In this document: positions 8,225-10,360 of the stretch, one piece after another
Layout: each line of letters opens with the position of its first letter
How positions within the stretch are numbered: position 1 is the stretch's first letter
Source of the DNA: Octopus sinensis
Taxonomy: Eukaryota
Direction: 5' to 3'
Assembly: GCF_006345805.1 (NCBI RefSeq)
Contig: NW_021828154.1
Span: 1 to 10,360 of the forward strand
DNA: 10,360 bases
Program-made: the position numbers and the translations under genes
The notes under the pieces: generated by a model
Seen by the model: only the letters and a program-made list of their open reading frames with translations
What the model was told of the DNA's origin: nothing
Database searches by the model: none

Positions 8225-8598
8225 GCTTCCTAACCAACCACATGGTTCCAGGTTCAGTCCCACTGTGTGGCATCTTGGGCAAGTGTCTTCTACTATAGCC
8301 CCGGGCCGACCAATGCCTTCTGAGTGGATTTGGTAGACGGAAACTGAAAGAAGCCTGTCGTACATATGTATATATATATATATATGTGTGTGTGTGTCTG
8401 TGTTTGTCCCCCTAGCATTGCTTGACAACTGATGCTGGTGTGTTTATGTTCCCGTAACTTAGCAGTTCGGCAAAAGAGACTGATAGAATAAGTACTGGGC
8501 TTACAAAGAATAAGTCCCGGGGTTGATTTGCTCGACTAAAGGCGGTGCTCCAGCATGGCCGCAGTCAAATGACTGAAACAAGTAAAAGAGTAAAGAGT
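8225..8598 (+). mobile_element. SINE family B, 5'-truncated by ~27 nt, otherwise complete
   Basis: Reverse complement of 8951-9354 and 3396-3793. Ends GACTGAAACAAGTAAAAGAGTAAAGAG. Confidence 0.9.
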
Positions 8599-8605
8599 AT
8601 ATATA

Positions 8606-8942
8606 TCATCATCTTCATCATCGTTTAATGTCCGCTTTCCATGCTAGCATGGGTTGGATGGTTCAACAGGGGTCTGGGAAGCCAGGAGGCTGCACCAGGC
8701 CCTGTCTGATCTGGCAGTATTTCTATAGCTGGATGCCCTTCCTAACGCCAACCACTCTGTGAGTGTGGTGGGTGCTTTTTACGTGCCATCGGCACAGGTG
8801 CCAGACGAGGCTGGCAAACGGTCACGATCGGATGGTGCTTTTTACGTGCCACCAGCATGGAGGCCAGTCAGGGCGGCACTGGCTATGGCCACGTTCGGAT
8901 GGTTCTCTTACGTGCCACCAGCACTAGTATCACAGCTACAAA
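8606..8942 (-). mobile_element. Family C retroelement, 3 internal repeat units
   Basis: (GAT)n tail at 8606-8621 on the sense strand. ACGTGCC anchors at 8781, 8844 and 8910. The 5' end is TTTGTAGCTGTGATAC. Confidence 0.9.
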
Positions 8943-8950
8943 TATATATA

Positions 8951-9354
8951 CTCTTTACTCTTTTACTTGTTTCAGTCATTTGACTGCGGCCATGCTGGAG
9001 CACTGCCTTTAGTCGAGCAACTCGACCCCGGGACTTATTCTTTTGTAAGCCCAGTACTTATTCTATCGGTCTCTTTTGCTGAACCGTTAAGTAACGGAGA
9101 CATAAACACACCAGCATCGGTTGTCAAGCAATGCTAGGGGACAAACACAGACACACAGACACACACATGCATACATATATATACATATATACGATGGGCT
9201 TCTTTCAGTTTCCGTCTACCAAATTCACTCATAAGGCTTTGGTCGGCCCGAGGCTATAGTAGAAGACACTTGCCCAAGGTGCCACGCAGTGGGACTGAAC
9301 CCGGAACCATGTGGTTGGCAGACAAGCTACTTACCACACAGCCACTCCTGCGCC
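8951..9354 (-). mobile_element. SINE family B, full length
   Basis: Starts GGCGCAGGAGTGGCTGTGTGG, with the A box at 9334-9344 and the B box at ~9291-9304. Confidence 0.92.
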
Positions 9355-9364
9355 TATATATATA

Positions 9365-9757
9365 TCATCATCATCATTTAACGTCCGCTTTCCATGCTAG
9401 CATGGGTTGGGCGGTTCGACCGGGGTCTGGGAAGCCAGAAGGCTGCACCAGGCCCAGTCTGGTCTGGCAGTATTTCTACAGCTGGATGCCCTTCCTAACG
9501 CCAACCACTCCATGAGTGTAGTGGGTGCTTTTTACGTGCCATCGGTAGAGGTGCCAGACAGAGCTGGCAAACGGCCACGATCAGATGGTGTTTTTTACGT
9601 GCCACCGGCACGGAGACCAGACGAAGCTGGCAATGGCCACGAACCGGATGGTGCTTTTTACGATCCACCGGACGGAGGCCAGTCAGGGCGGCACTGGCTA
9701 TGGCCACGCTTGGATGGTTCTCTTACGTTCCACCGGCACTGGTATCACAGCTACAAA
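9365..9757 (-). mobile_element. Family C retroelement, 4 internal repeat units
   Basis: Unit anchors at 9534, 9597, 9660 and 9725. Same 5' end as the 8606 copy. Confidence 0.9.
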
Positions 9758-10043
9758 TATATATATATACATTTTATATAATTAGGGTTCAGCAAAAAAA
9801 TTTGCTTTAGCACACACCGAACTTTTAGAAATAGCAATTGTAAAATCCTGACTGAGACCCGACCAACATTTTTATCAGCTTTTATTATGCAAAGATTATA
9901 GGAGACCTGCTTGTAGTGCAAGAAGGTCACAATCTGGAGTACCCTGCTCCTGGATACCTAGATCCTTCATTTTTTAGGTACCCTTATTTCTTCCATACAC
10001 TCTTAATATGCATTTTTAATCTCTTGCATTCTACTCCTAAACG

Positions 10044-10212
10044 TTGATTGATTGACCTCAGTGCATAACTGGTACTTATTAAATCGACCCTGAAAGGATG
10101 AAAGGCAAAGTAGGAGACCCAGGTGGAATTTGAACTCTGAACGTAGCTGCAGACGAAATGCCACTAAGAATTCTGCCTGGTGTGCCAACGATTCTGCCAG
10201 CTCTTCACCTTA
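10044..10212 (-). mobile_element. tRNA-type SINE, family D (Nin/Deu-domain-like), 3'-truncated and diverged
   Basis: The sense strand has the A-box-like CTGGCAGAATCG and B-box GAGTTCAAATTCC, then GCCTTTCATCCTTTCAGGGTCGATTTAATAAGTACCAG. The latter resembles the Nin/Deu central domain as I recall it. Confidence 0.7.
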
Positions 10213-10255
10213 ATAATGATAACAACAATTACAACAACAACAACAATAATAATAG
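10213..10255. repeat. (AAT/AAC)n trinucleotide repeat
   Basis: Direct inspection. Confidence 0.85.
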
Positions 10256-10360
10256 TAGTCTCTATTGGCCACAAGATCTTGCTGAGATGGGAAAAATACA
10301 AAACTTTTATCGGGAAGATAAGATAACAATGAGTGTGAAGAAAAAGAAAAACATGTTTAG

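Noticed and set aside
8770-9735. CRISPR-like spacing of the ~20-bp conserved block every ~63 bp
   Set aside because: The intervening sequences are homologous to each other, the array is inside a eukaryotic retroelement, and there are no cas genes.
2655-9781. Short ORFs within SINE B and family C copies (e.g. 2744-2965, 3570-3812, 8042-8428, 9407-9781)
   Set aside because: They lie in non-coding repeats and the frames are not preserved between homologous copies.

Overview
AT-rich, gene-free eukaryotic DNA made almost entirely of transposon copies and microsatellites. The repeat families match my recollection of abundant Octopus (coleoid cephalopod) repeats; this is recognition from memory, not a database result. 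All ORFs in the track are low-complexity or antisense-repeat artefacts. Contents: (A) a tRNA-derived SINE at 291-593; (B) a tRNA/CORE-type SINE in 3 near-complete copies and 3 head fragments; (C) a (GAT)n-tailed retroelement with internal ~63-bp repeats in 3 copies plus 1 old relic; (D) a further tRNA-type SINE at the right end; three adjacent TTAA-flanked piggyBac-like MITEs; two families of foldback elements; and probable Penelope-like (PLE) terminal fragments. A ~1.33-kb tandem duplication (5549-8205) differs between copies almost only by indels, so it may be an assembly artefact. The most interesting signals are minimal hammerhead-ribozyme-like motifs with palindromic stem III and non-canonical cores (723-775 minus, 2552-2587 plus, weaker at 1405-1447 minus), the triple MITE insertion, and a dense SINE cluster (8045-9757) with an inverted pair and a possible Pol III read-through dimer.
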